A DNA stretch of 43,926 nucleotides. It comes from Intoshia linei. Lineage: Eukaryota > Animalia > Orthonectida. The translations under genes and the position numbers were made by a program. Below are positions 26,401 to 41,400 of the stretch, piece by piece (positions within the stretch are counted from its first letter, which is position 1; each line of letters starts with the position of its first letter). The notes below the pieces were generated by a model. It saw nothing but the letters and a program-made list of their open reading frames with translations, searched no databases and was not told where the DNA came from. The stretch lies in NCBI GenBank assembly GCA_001642005.1, contig LWCA01000176.1:1-43926 (forward strand), in the 5' to 3' direction.

Positions 26401-29400
26401 TGATTCCTTTAAATTTTTAAACGATTTCCACTTTTTTAGTTTACTGGGTAAAGCCAAACATTGATCCCAAAAATCATCAATCTAATATTATAATTGATGT
26501 GTAAATAAAAACCAAATTTTTATTATTTTTCAACACCACGAGTTAACAATATTTATCATAATCAATCTTTTTGAATAGATCATAATTTAAATGTAATTGC
26601 TGAAAAATGTTACCTTATGGGAAGCATTTTGTAGATTAATATCTTTCCAAAGAGTGATTCTGAATATTTGATCAAAATTAATATAATTTTGATATAAATT
26701 GTAGAGACATGTAAGTAATTCAATTTCCTATATTATTAGAATAATATTAATATAATAATAATAATGTAAATAATAAATAATTTGAAATTTGTAAATTATA
26801 AGTACCTCGCCAGTTCTGTCCAATTCATGAAATGATGGATATATTTTTCCAAAAAGAAAACACACTGAAACAATCGTTTTCTTTTCATCGTTCAATTTAT
26901 TATATAATTTGGTATATTCTACTAATCTATTTACAGATTTTGTTGGGCTTATTCCTTCTTTACCAGGTCCACGAATGTCAAATGAATTTCTGAAACTAAC
27001 AATTTCTACAATGAACGACTAAGATTGTATGATTAATCAATATTGTACAATTAACCTTAATTTGTTTATCCAATAATTCTTCAAAAGATTTTCTATTATG
27101 TATTAAGAGTTCTTCTCTAACAAATTCAATTAATTTCATTAAAGATGTCCAATTTTCTCGTAAAGTATTCAACTCAGAAACGTCCACAATTGATATTTGA
27201 TTTGTTAAATGTCTATAATTTAAAATGCACTTTTTACATTGCTGTAATGTTATTTATAATAATACATTATGTAATATTATGTGTATTACTTATTATTATT
27301 ATAACATTTATATCATATAAATACCGAATTTCATTAAAATTATCTTCAATTGGTTTATATATAGAATCACAAATAATATCTCTATTTCTCAATTCTTCAA
27401 TCAATTTTAAAGTATTATTCAGTTCGAACAACGATTTTACTGGTCTTATGATTTGATCTTGACAATCTTTTCTGAAATTTACAGCCTCGTATAATAATTT
27501 CTAAATAAAACCAATTATACCACTCGGTCAAAGCATACATCATACTTTAATATTTTATGTTTAGTAATATATTTAACGTGAAATATATAAAAAAAATGTA
27601 TTATTTTTTTACTATTTTTCAAAATAATCGGTTATCCTTATTTATATAATATTCTACGTGATTTTTGTTTGTGTATGTGTGTTCCATTTTATTTAAATAA
27701 CCACCCGTCTTAGAAATTTATAAAGTCAACGTTTCAATTACAGTTTTTTCCGGGACATATAATAAGATAAATTTCAACCTCCCAATCACATCTTACGGGT
27801 CAAACACCCACATTGTCCTTTTTTTTGAAAATATAACGAGTTGGAAAATTTAAAAAAATATATACGCTGATATGGATTTTAAAATCATAAACATTATCAT
27901 AAATTTAAATTTAAAAAAATTATATTTTCAGGCCAAAACTCCAAATTACCCTTTTTTTTTTAATGAAAACAGAATTATTAAACATAAACCCTAGAATTTC
28001 AAAAATTTACAGGTGGTACAGTTGTATCCTGTTAACACACACAAAAAATTTCAAAGTACAGTTGTATCCTGTTAACACACATAAAAAATTTCAATCCGAA
28101 TAAGTGACGACCTTCACGGTAAAAAAAGCATTTAATTCATATATTTTTTTCCGAAGTATTTTATTGAATGATTAACAAAAAATGTGAAATAATTTATTTC
28201 ACATATAATTTTCATACATTTTTACAAATAATTAACGTTCCGAAAATTAAAAACAAAAGATTATTCTGATAGAGCTTATTCCAGTTGATATATCAAAAAA
28301 GTTCAACCCGAGAAATATACGCATTCCCGATGAAAAATAATTTTTAATATATTATCAAACCAATATTTTTCGATGATTAAAAATTTATGTTCCAAAAAAT
28401 TAAGATGGAATAATTCAATTTAAAGTAAAAAGTAATGTGATATGATGGTTCCACCTGAAACAAATTAACCACTCTTTTATAGGATTGATTATAGTGAATA
28501 GTATTACTATTAGTATTAGTAGTATTAGTACTTAACATTATTATGAATTTTTAAGTTAGAATTTCAACTAGAATTTATTTTTTAAGTATAATAAAAATGT
28601 GCTCTCGGCAGAGCTAGGTCCTGTTTGTACGGAGTAGATAGCAGTCAATCTAGTTCGGGTATAAACTGTGAAGATGCAAGTTTTTTTGAGTTTTAAAACA
28701 AATTTTTTTAAAACATATTTTTTTCATAATAATTTAAAGCGGGTTTTTAGGCAAATTTTTTTATCATATTTTAAAGTGGGTTTTTAAGGAAATTTTTTTA
28801 CAATATTTTAAAGAAGGGTTTTTAGGTAAATTTTTGATATCATATTTTAAAGCGGGTTTTTTAAGGAAATTTTTTTATAATATTTTAAATATGGTTTTTA
28901 GGTCAATTTTTTTAATCATATTTTAAAGTGGGTTTTTAAGGAAATTTTTTTACAATATTTTAAAGCGGGTTTTCAAAAGGGTTGGCAATTTATCGAATAA
29001 ATTTTTTTTGAAGTATCAAAACTAATTTAATCTCTATGATTCATTTAAAGGTATTTATTTTATTTTATTTTATTATTATGATCGGTTTTCATTTCTTGTC
29101 TTTCGAAAATTGATAATTCATATACTAACGTTTTTAATATTTTTTGTGTGTTATCTGTATATAACTGTATCGGCGAAGACATCAATAATATGATATAAAT
29201 TAGTAAAATCGATGATTATGTCGCTCTATGATGTATCGCTCCAACAATACATCGTTAATTTGATTTGATTTGATTTTAAATTAGTTTAATTTTAATATAT
29301 ATGCTCCTAATATTTAAAAATAAAAAGATTCAATAATTATCTAATCAAAACCTTTAAAGTATTGATAAAAGTCAAAAGTAGCATTTTTACGCATAATTTA

Positions 29401-32400
29401 ATTTTTTCGATAAAATTAAAAATATTAATTATTCCGCCCTCAGCAGAGCTAGGTCTGTTTGTAAAAAGTACAAAACAGCCAAGCTAGTATGCACCTGATA
29501 TAGTTAATAGCTCGTATATTGTATGTACCAAAGTATATAAAAAACAAAAATAAATATAGAAAAAATTATCTGTAAATCCGTTAAATTTTAGTAAATGATT
29601 TGATTGTCAGAGATGAATATAATTAGTATAACCAATTAAATAAAACTAACCCTAAAAATATCACAAAATAAAAAATACCCTCGATTGCTCATATTTCAGT
29701 CCAATATAATTTTTTTTGTAATTTGACAATAGGGTTAATATAGTATGCTGGAGTGGTTTTAGTGTTATAACATATGGTTCAACTATTATTTCATTGTCAA
29801 TCTCTAATATCTAAAATTAAAATTAAAAAATAAATACTTCATATAGCCTTATATTCATATTCAATACAATATTTTCTACCCTTCTTAATAAATAAAAATT
29901 AATATATATAAAAATTCCTTAGCAAACAGGGAAATTTGTAAAACTTTTTGGTTGATGCAGTTATACTCTAAATAAATTATATAATTTACCTGGTTTTCAT
30001 AATTTTTAATTTCAACTAATTTCTCGGAAAGCTTCTTAGACAAATTTTCATTATTTTTTGTATCATCAAATATTTGTTGTAAATTTTGTTTCCACAAAAA
30101 GTTAAAAGTGTCCGATTTTTTAATGATTTCATTTATTGACGATTCGCAAACTAAGCATGGATTATATGTAATGATTTCAATAAAAAAATATCTTTTTTAA
30201 ATATATAGATGTATTTGTATATTATCATCTTAAATTAAATTTTATATATATATATTAAACTCATCCTCAAAAATTATAGATATTACCATTTAATCTTGAT
30301 TTTATTTCTGCTTTTGTATTAATAGATGGACAAGTTTTAAATGATTTCGTGACATCTTTTACCACTGGACAAGAATTTTCAATATCTAATAATAATTAAT
30401 AATTATATAATATACACTTTCAATATATTAATATTTGTTAATATACCCAAAAATGTAGTATATATTTCATCAACAATCGAATCAAAAGTAGATAACCAAG
30501 TTGATATTAATGGATCGACTTTAATTAATGGTGGCAATAAAATTAATTTTCCAAATAATCTGAAAAAATAAGTAAAATTATAAATGAATTCTATATATGA
30601 AATTGATTACTTTATTTGAAGCGGAAATTCTGATGATTTTTTAGAATCATTTGCAACTGCTTTAGTTTTTCTGGGTAATGAACAACATAGAGATTTTTTA
30701 AAGTTATCAAAAGTACTTTCAATAATATTTTTTAATTTATTTTTGATACTAGTTTGGTAATACTCTAATTTTGTATAAGTGATATAAACAAAATTAAAAT
30801 CGTATTTACTTTTCAATTCTTTCGAAAACCTATCATTGTCTTTAGGCGTGTATAAATGATTTATAAAATTTTTAAATTTCGTTAGCTAAATTTCGAAATA
30901 ATTTAACATAAGTATTATGGATACGGGGTTTTTATTTCCATTTTCAAATATCTGCTGCAATTTTGTTAGTTCTTTGATTATAATTTCTTTATTATTTGTC
31001 ATTTGAATGTTCATATCATTTTTGAATTCATGTTCAGACTATGAGAGTTATAATTTTAAAAATAACATAATTACTTTATACGTTTGGCATTCGTCAAAAT
31101 TCATTAATGAGATATGTTCTAATTTCAAAATTGGAACTTCAATGAAAACTTTTAATGAATCTTTTATTTCTTTCACGACCTGTTGTAGTTCTTCCTTTTT
31201 TAATTGTATGCTGTTTATATAAGCATCTAAATAAATTTAATATATTTATTAACAGTAAATTAAATAATACATATATACCTATATTTAAACTGGACCATGA
31301 TAGCGTGTTTAACCCACTATTGAATACATTATTTATATGTTTTAAATAAATGGCCAAGTAATTTTTTAAAGAATCTGGTATAGTTTTAATTATTATTCTC
31401 ATTTCTTCAATGACCAGACATAATTTATCATAATTGCTAGATAAATTTTGGGTTTGTAAGAATAAAAATAAAGAAGCATCTGTCAAGTTAATTCCTTCAA
31501 TATCAGCTAATATTTTATATTCTTGAGCAATTTCAATGTATCTAAATATTTAAACTTTTCAAATATGTGATCAATACATATACCTGTTATTAAGATTAAC
31601 TTTTACACAAAACAAGTCATTGCTAGGAATTTGAATAAGAATAAAAGATTTTAAAGCCTTTTTGCACTTTTCTACCATATTTTTCCAATCTGTCATCCAC
31701 ATGCTTTCAAATGTTTTTATGCATTTTTCTATACGAATGTAAAGTGACGTTATTCTATCAAAATCATTTAAAGGTAGTTTGTTTTTATTTATTATAAATG
31801 CATGCATAGATTTTTCAATACGAAATATTAAATTTTTTGACCACAAAATTGAACCTGCCGTTCTTGTTGAATTTCTAACAAGCGTTACATTTTCCTAAAA
31901 TATTTAAAATTTATATTTTACCATCAATATTAAATTTATGTCAACGTGGAAAGGTGTGTTCACTGTAGTGTAGATCAATGGTTCTCAACGTGGGAGTTGG
32001 CGCTCCACAGAGAGGCGCTGCAACCAATATTATTAAAAATTTTGCCTTATGTATTTTGTATTATGGGGATGTGAGCCTTAAAAATGCTTTATCCATTGAT
32101 GTATTCAGAAATGTCAAGGATATTATTGTGTTTTCAACGTCTTACATGATTGAAAGTGGATTTAGTTCTGTAAACAAAATATTGAATAAAGATGGAAACA
32201 AACTTAATATATGTCAAAGAGAAAATATTTTTATCAAATTAACCAGAATAAAACCAATAATTAAGGAGTTGCCACTTAATCACCAGGCGCAAAGATTACA
32301 TGAAAATAAATAAAAATTATTTACCTTTTTTCCATTTTTATTAATTTTATAAAAATTACGGTTTATTTTATCATAGAGCAACTGATTTAAAAGTTTATGG

Positions 32401-35400
32401 ATTATGATGGAATATGGCGTTGGTTTAAAAATGTTGAGAACCCCTGGTGTAGATAATAATATTTTTATTTTATAACTTGATATAAATTTGAAAACGTCAC
32501 AATATTTCTGAACAGGACTTTGCTCGAACAAAGGCATTAGTCATCTACAAGTTTAAAGAAAAATCAAACAAATTTTTTTAACTCGATCAGACGTTTAATA
32601 TACTATATTATCTATATTATCTACGTATAATATACTACTGTAACTTTTTTAACTGTTTGAAAAAAATTTAATGTTCACCAACATTTTTATTTGATTTGGG
32701 TCAGAGGTGGGAATAGTGCGGCATTCTGAACAATTTTTGAAATATTTTTCATTTATTATATTATTTTTATATTAATTTTTGGTAAAATTATCTAAATTTT
32801 TCGTATTCACCCCCTAATAAAATTATTCATCCCTTGGGGTGACTGGTCACCCCATGAGAAGTACTGATATATTTGATTAAATTTTATTTAGAAAGGTACA
32901 ATATTTTTAAAATTTTTTGAAACCTTAGTGCGGCCTACAAAAAGTAAATGCTTCACCACCTCTGTGATGAGTTTTAAAACTTTATCTGCCCTGCTCTAAC
33001 TAAGCATGTACCATTATCGTTTGATTAAAATGTATTTTTCTTCATTTGGTGGATAAATAGATATTATCTTTGATATGATTATAAAATAACTTATAATTAC
33101 AGTCAAACCTGTTCAATATGAATACAGCTTAATTTGAACAAACTTAATAAATATTGATTTTTTTGTATAGAAACATTATGAAAAGTGTTTTGTTTTATAT
33201 GAATCTTTTCATTTTGTACACTGAATATGAGTTTATTTAAAATAAAATTATTTTCATTTCATTTTGGGCGTTATTATATTTTACTGTCACATTTATACCG
33301 ATTATATTATATTTTTTTTTTAATATGAACATTAAAAATAAAAATAACAAGCGAAAAATCAAAAAGATTTATCTCTGAATGACAAAAGAAAATTATTATA
33401 ATCATTTAAAGACGATAAAAATTATCCTCAGAGATTTTTAGCTGCCAAACATGATATTAGTCTGTAGGAACCGTACACAATATTTTAAAACATAAGGACT
33501 CTATACTAAATGACTCAATAGTAAACGTCAATCAAAAACGTAAACCTCATTTAAGGTCGGGAAGTCAAGTAGATGATATTTTGTACGAGTGGTTTCAAAT
33601 TCAACAAACATGAAATATAAGTGTTAGTGGAGAAATTTTACAACAAAAAGCGTTACAAATTTTAAAGCATCGAACGGCTGGCTAGCTTCATTTATAAAAC
33701 AACATAATATATTGTCCAAAAAAAATATAGGCGATTCCAAAACTGTAAATCAAAATATATTCAATTGCGATGAAACGGGCCGTTTTTATAAATGCTCTTT
33801 GACTCGAACGTACACAATATCAAAGGCCGATAAGGCCAGTGGAAAATTTGCCAAAAATTGCAGTTAATTTGTTAGGGGAAAAATTGAAACCACTCATAAT
33901 AGGAAAATCGAAAAACCCTAAATGTTTTAAAAAATTTGATAGACAAAAGTTTTTCTTATCTTATTATGCAAACCAAAAATCTTGGATGACATTGTATATC
34001 TTTCAAAAATGGTTACATAATATTAATAACATGATGATGATAGGAAATAGGAAAATTTTACTTTTATTGGACAATGCTCCAGCATTGTTGAGTAATGTTG
34101 AATTATTTTATTTTCCACCAAATACGACTTAATTACTGCAGCCTTTGGAATTATAAAAAATTTTAAAGATAAATACAAAACACTGTTAGCGAAATCAATG
34201 AACTTCAAATCAGAGAACACCAGTCAAGAGGAATGGTGTAAACAAATTAATATATTAATCAATAGTTTGGATTGCGAAAGCCTGGATAAGTGTCAAAAGT
34301 GAAACCATAAGTAATTGCTTTGAAAAATCTTTTGCAAAGGTTAAATTTTTTACACCTAAAAATAAGTATTATGAAGATGTGGCTTGCTTTGATAATAATC
34401 CTATTGATGATGATAACCTATTTCTTTTTTTAAGTAATTTTATCATTTTTAAGTCATTTATTTTTTATATAACTAAACTTTTAGAGGGTAATCAAGATAT
34501 CAAAACAGAAGATGAATCAAATGCGAGAAGAACCAATATTGACAAGTTTTAACGCATACAAACATGCAATGAAACTTGAAAAATTTTTTCAAAAAAATTT
34601 ACTAGACAAAATAGACGACATCTGGCAAATAATTGATCGTATAACTTATGAAAAAAGTAAAAGAAAATTAAAAATGACTGATTTCATTACGTACAAACAA
34701 ACAATTTAGATAATTCAATGTAAGAAAAAATGTAATTATATTTTAATTGTATATTAATTAATTATTAACTCATATTAAATTTATGTCATAAAATAAATTT
34801 CTAGCATATATTTTAAACAGCGATTTTCCTCATAAATTATCATAACAACATAACCTTGTTCATATTAGTTTCTAATTTGAACGGCGTCGAAAACTGGTAC
34901 ACAGCTGTTCATATTGACCAGGTTTGACTGTATTTATATTTACAGCTAACGCAATTCTCAACATTGACAATAATATATATGAAAAAAATTTATTAGAATT
35001 TACCCTATTATTGTCATAAACACGTTTGATATCAATCAAATCATTTTCAAAATTTAAAAACGTATGGCTATACATTTTCTTTAAAATTTCATTAATATTA
35101 TGGATTGTTTGAGTGGTTTGAAACCTATGTAATGTAAATTTATAAGATAAGATTAATGTCTTACTTGTTCAGAAACATTAATGCTTTTTTAACATCAATT
35201 TGTCGAATAATAAGTGTGGTTATATACTTAACCACGTAATTTTCTAAATAACAAAATTCTTCGTTATAACTTTTCATATTTTTTTTGAAATTTTCTGGTA
35301 GCTAAAATTTATTAAAATTATCATGGGACATCAAAATACAATATAAGACTCTTTTTCTTAATTTTTGATTAAGAAATCAGAATTTTATTGTTTATTTTTA

Positions 35401-38400
35401 TTTATTTTTACTAAATTTAACCTTTGACACATTATTCACATCAAACATATCAATTGTGATGGCTTGATCAACGCATTGTTTAATAACTTGAAATTGATTT
35501 GAAATTACTTGAGAGAAAAATACATTATCCCAATCTTTATTGTAATTCAGTTTATTAACATATTTTATATTTTCATCATTTGTATTATTTTTTATATGTT
35601 TTTTTGTGGTTTTATATAATATTAATGGACCAAAATCGAAGCAATCATATTGTAATCTATTTTATAAAAATTTAGTTTTATTCGTACATGTCTATAAAAA
35701 ATGATTCCTATTTATACTACATGTAACTTATATAAAACTCTTTGTCTGTCTGTCTGTCTGTGTGTTATCGTTTATTTTAATAACTAAGAGTCTTAGAATT
35801 TTAAAAATTTCATACTATATTACAGTTTTTTCCGGGTGAAAGTAAGATAAATTACAATCTCAGAAACTCTCATCTTACCGGTCAAAAAGCCCAATTATCC
35901 TTTTTTTTGAAAATGAAAAAAGTTGTATATTTTAAAAAAATATGTACTCTTATACACATTTTAAAATAGTAAATATTATCATAAATTTAAATTTAAAAAA
36001 AATATATTTTCAGGACCAAAAACCCAAATTACCTTTTTTTAAAAAAATGAAAATAGTCCTATCATTTTAAAAAAAATTATAGTTCATACAGTTATTTCCG
36101 GTTAACACACACAAGAAACACGGATTTTTTTTGTAATTTATTTTCAAAAAACGTTTTTGGAAAATTTTTTTTTCCAAATTTTAAAGATGGTTTTTAGGGA
36201 ATGTTTTTAACCATATTTTCAAGTGGTTTATTGGGAAATTTTTTAAAAAAATTAAAATAGTCCTAGAATGTAAAAAATAATCACATTTAATACTGATTTG
36301 TCCAGTTAAAATATATAAAATGTTTCAATGTTAAGTTAAGCTTTCATGTTCAAAAAAGCAATTTACTGGTTACCCTTTTTTATGGAAAATTATTTCATTA
36401 AAACATGAAATATAATAATAACATACACGATAGAATTAATGGTCATAGAATTTGAAAATAAAAAATTGTCTTGAACCGTTGTGGAAATTAATGACCATTA
36501 CTTTAAAAGATTGGTTATAGTGCAGTGATTCTTAACATTTTTTACTACATTACCCATATTATAGTACTTATTTCGATATTACCCACAATATTTTTTTTAA
36601 CTGCATATTGGATAGTCAGGTTTTTAGAATAAGAGCCATATAGATTTGTTAATAATTTAATTAAAATTTTAAAAAAACTAAAATTTTACAAAATAGTAAA
36701 ATAATTTCTTATTTTTTTGAAATGTGTAGGAAGAATATTTAATTTTTCATTTTTAAAAAACGGGAGTAAATTTTGTTTTTGCCGGTAAAAATGCAAATTT
36801 CTGAGAGTGAAATATATCCTACTCGCTGTACCAGAAATAAACTTAATTAGAATTTGGGTTTTTAACTTTCTGAAACTGTCGCGACATGTCGGCTTAAGAT
36901 AAAATAAAAAACATTTTTAATTTTTTTCACATATAATAAAATGTTACTTTTTTGATAATAATAAAATAGTTAAAAAATAAAAAAAATTAATAGTAAAATG
37001 CTTTTTTGATCGTGAAGGCTTAACTTTGTCAGATTGAAATTTTTTGTGTGTGTTAACTGGATACAGCTGTATCAACTGTAATATTTTTAAAAAAAGGGTA
37101 ATCTGGAGTTTTTATTGTGAAAATGCACTTTTTGAAGGTTGCCATTCATGATAATGCTTATGATTTTATAACTAAAATAACAAATTGGGTTTTTTTGCCA
37201 CTGAAGGATTCAATTTAGGGAAATATAACTTAGATGTAAACATCACGTGCGAAAAACTGTATTAGAAATTGGTTTTATTAAATTAAGACGTTTAGTTTTA
37301 AATAAACTGTAACACACACAGACATTCAATTTTATATATATTTTCCAGTGTGCATTAGACACAAAAAAATAAAAAAATTCCTAATTTTTATACAAATTTC
37401 GCGATTACCTATGAAAAATATCAAATAACCATTTTAAGGTAAATACTCACAGGTTGGGAATCACTGTTATAGTGAATAGTGGAATTTTTATGTAATATTT
37501 TATTTTTTAGAAGTAGAAAAGTCTTCCCTTGGCAGAGCTAGGTGTTGTTTGTACGAATTACAAAACAGCCAAGCTAGTATAATTATAAGAGTATTTTGTT
37601 ACTAAAGAAAACATATTAATTGTAATTTTTTTTTAATTTTATTAATTTTAATAAAATTTGTAATTTCTTGTAGCATAGAAAAAGATTTAAAAAAATATTT
37701 TTTTCTTCACTTTGACATTAACGGGGGACTGCCAAGGGCCGCCTTGCCTGGGTATCTGGAAAAACTTACTGGAAAATTTAAAAAACGAAATTACTTTTAA
37801 ATCGTAATAATAAAATATGATTATTACGGTTTTAAAGAACTAAATAGAACAAATAAACATTAATATATATTTTGTGGTGTTATATACCAAGGTGAATATT
37901 ATTTTAAAAATATGTTATTATTATGGAAATGAAAATAATAGTTTTGATTGTATTTTTTATACAAAAAATGTTAAAAATTTATCTTAGCATTAAAAAAATA
38001 TTATTTATAGGCTTTACAAACATGGCTAAAAATTATATAAATATATTAGCATTACTTTCTGTACATATTGATTTCATGTGAAATCTGTAATAATATCTTG
38101 ATATGATCAATAAATTTATTGATATTATCGAATATTTCTTCTTGGTCTGATATATGGATGATATTGTTTATTCCTTGTTCGATTGAATTGTGCATCGAGT
38201 TTAATCTATAAAATAATTTTGTAGTAAATAAAAAGTTTGATCAATATATTCTTAATTCATTTCGTAGAAATTTTCCCTATTATAATGTGTTAAATATGAA
38301 ATCCCATTTCTTAAACCTTAATTTCAAAATGTGAATTAAAAAAAAATCAGATTTAACTTTAAAATGCTCCTATACAACTTGTTATGAAAAATACATTTAG

Positions 38401-41400
38401 TACTCACTTTTAAATTTCTCAAGACTCAATTCAACCAGTTTAATTCGGCACGATCAGTGATTATAAATAAATTTGAGAACCACTTATTATGTTGATATAA
38501 TTTAAAGATTTAAGAAGCATACCCCGGTCTATCTGAAATATTAAAACAATTTGTCCATCGAGATTGTCCTCCAAGTCCTTCAATCAAATTTTTGAGAAAT
38601 TCTTTATATTTTTTTTCCACGTTGATCGTATCCATAATCAATGTATGCAACGTGATAGATTCATTAAACTTGACATATTTTTCGGTTCCATCTTCCTATA
38701 AAGTGAAATATTAAATTTGTAATAGAAATAAAAATATATATGAACCGATTGAAAAGTAATCTAATGCCCAAAGCTGAAACCAAGTTTGGTTGACGAGTTG
38801 TACTACTAACTAAGTAGACGTTTTGTATAAATAAATTAATTGTGAAATATTTTAACGACCAGCATTGATAACACATAAATATCATTGATTTTAAGTGATT
38901 TTATAATTAATTTTAAAAACTTTTCACCTTTCATTACAACATGTGTTACAAAATTGAATTGGATTATCTTTTACTTATATAAAAATGAATGTGTGTGTGG
39001 GTCTGTCTGTCTGTTACAATTTATTTACAAAATTGACAGTTGTAAAATTAAAAAAACCCACTTTCTAATATAGTTTTTCCAAGAACGTATTTTTATCTAT
39101 TTTTCAGTTTCAGAATTGGAGTTCTTCAGGGTTACACACCCAATTTTCCTTTAGTTTAAATAACAAAACTGCACAAAAATTTAATAAAACATACACTCTG
39201 TGACGCATGTTAAAATCATTAATATTGTCTTTAATCTCAGCCTCAGAAACGGATACCTTCATGGTCAAAACCACAAATTACTCTTTTTTTTAAAAATTAA
39301 ACATGTCCTAAAATTTTATAAAACATACATTTTAAGAGAGTATTTAAAATCATTATAATTAATGGCAACCTCAAAAAAGTGCATTTCCATGACGAAAACC
39401 CCATATTACCCTTTTTTGTTAATAAAATAGTTTTAGAACTTAAAAAAAATACAGCTGATACAGTTATATCCAGTGAACACACAAGAAAAATTTCAATCTA
39501 AAAAAGTGACGCCTTTATATTTAAAAAAACACATTATTCTGATACAGCTTATTCCAGTTAATATAAATACAAAATTTCAACCCCATAAATCTACGCATTC
39601 CAGGTGAAAAATAATTTTTAATATATATTGTCAACCAATATTTTTCAAATGTTTCAATTAAAATTAAAAAGTAAATATTTATCCTAAAATTTTGAAAAAA
39701 AAATGTTTATTGAACGTTTACACATTTCCGATAAAGAAACATGGGTGAAAATCTATATAATTGATTCCTTCCGATTTTTTTTTATTTTAAAATAAATTTT
39801 TTTTTAATTTATTAAATTGGTGATTAATCGAATTTTATTGTAATTCACGCAACTCCAAATTCACATTGTGTGACATGTTTATAATTTTTTACATCCATAG
39901 AATTATTCAAAAGCCTCAATTTAGGTTTAATAAAATCAAAATCAGCAAATCTAGTTCGAAATTCCACATCAATATTCAATCATATATTTATTTTTTATTT
40001 ACCCATTTTTACAAAACATATTACTAAAAAAGTTCGCGGACCACAAAATTTAATCTGGCGGGCCGCATGTGGTTGTGAATCTTAGTAAATGGTTTGATAT
40101 TGATATAAAAAATAGTACATTGATATATTTTATTAATTTTAATAATAAATAATTTAAATTGTAAATATTTTAAAATTACTATGATAATTGTATGATCAAT
40201 GAATGATGCAATTGAATTTTTAAATTCCGGATATGTTTTAAAATTTTGATTAATATTATTTACAAAATAATTGCTGCAACAGTTTACAATTTGATTAGTT
40301 AACTATATAATAATTAATAAAAATCAAATAAGTCAATTTTACATTACAGTAGTGTTTTTTAATTTTTTTTGTAGAATCTACCTCTTAATGGCATTTGAAT
40401 ATTAACACACCCCAATTTTATAAAAATCTTTATTTTTATGAAATTGAAACTGTTTCAAACGTTATTTATATAAAATCTAAGAACCATGGAATCTTTAAAA
40501 AAATAATTCCAAGATACAGATGTAGTTTTTCCCCCATGATGAATTTATGTTAATTTTTACTCATTTTACTCAAAAAATAATTTGAAAATTTCACAGCACC
40601 CCAAGATGAACACAACCAGTTTAAGCATCACTGTAATATACGATTAAATTTTAAAATTACACGTGAAATATAATATCCCAAAAAACCTTGACGTATCAAA
40701 TTTCTTGAAGCAGAATCATTTGACAGCATAATTTTCAATAAAGACGGAAGAAATATTTTTGTAATAAAAATTGGAGATACATGTTTTTCATATAATTTTT
40801 TTATTAAACTTTGAATAGTATCCATATATTTAACTTTATCTTTGGTATCACAATATGACTCGGTTATTCTAAAATTTTATATTGATACATAATTTAATGT
40901 TTAAATTTTAAACAATGATAATGTTTACAACATATCGGCATTTTTCCATTTTTTTAAAATTTTAGACTTTGATATAATTAAAACACTCAATACTGTTTTA
41001 TATTCTTTAGATTTTAATTGTTCCATTAAAGAATTAATGACATTCCAACGGTTTTTCCATATATTATAAATTTCTATTGGTCCACAATTTGTGGGGCAAA
41101 TTGTACAACTAGATAAAAAATATATACATTTTTCCATAATTTAAAATTTATAAAGTATAATATACGCTTCTTTGCCGTTTTCGGATAAAACTCGTTCAAT
41201 GTCCAATGTCCATTCTTCTACCAAATCTTCATAAACACTTACGATATGTTGGTCTACGTTTCCAGCTCCCTGAAGTTTGAAAATATTTGTTACGACTATG
41301 GAAGGCTTTCGAAGATACTAATATTCAATTAAAAATGTTGAACAAAAATAAATAAATTTAAAATAACCATTTTAATCTTCTTTACAGAAACGTTTAAGTC

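Noticed and set aside
37720-37762. GC-rich patch (similar ones at 11494-11600 and 40030-40080)
   Set aside because: Probably isolated TE ends; no matching second terminus or TSD, and no RNA-gene structure.
39700-39960. Candidate small dynein exons between 40180 and 38700
   Set aside because: They look coding, but I could not fix phase-consistent junctions by hand, so they are not annotated.
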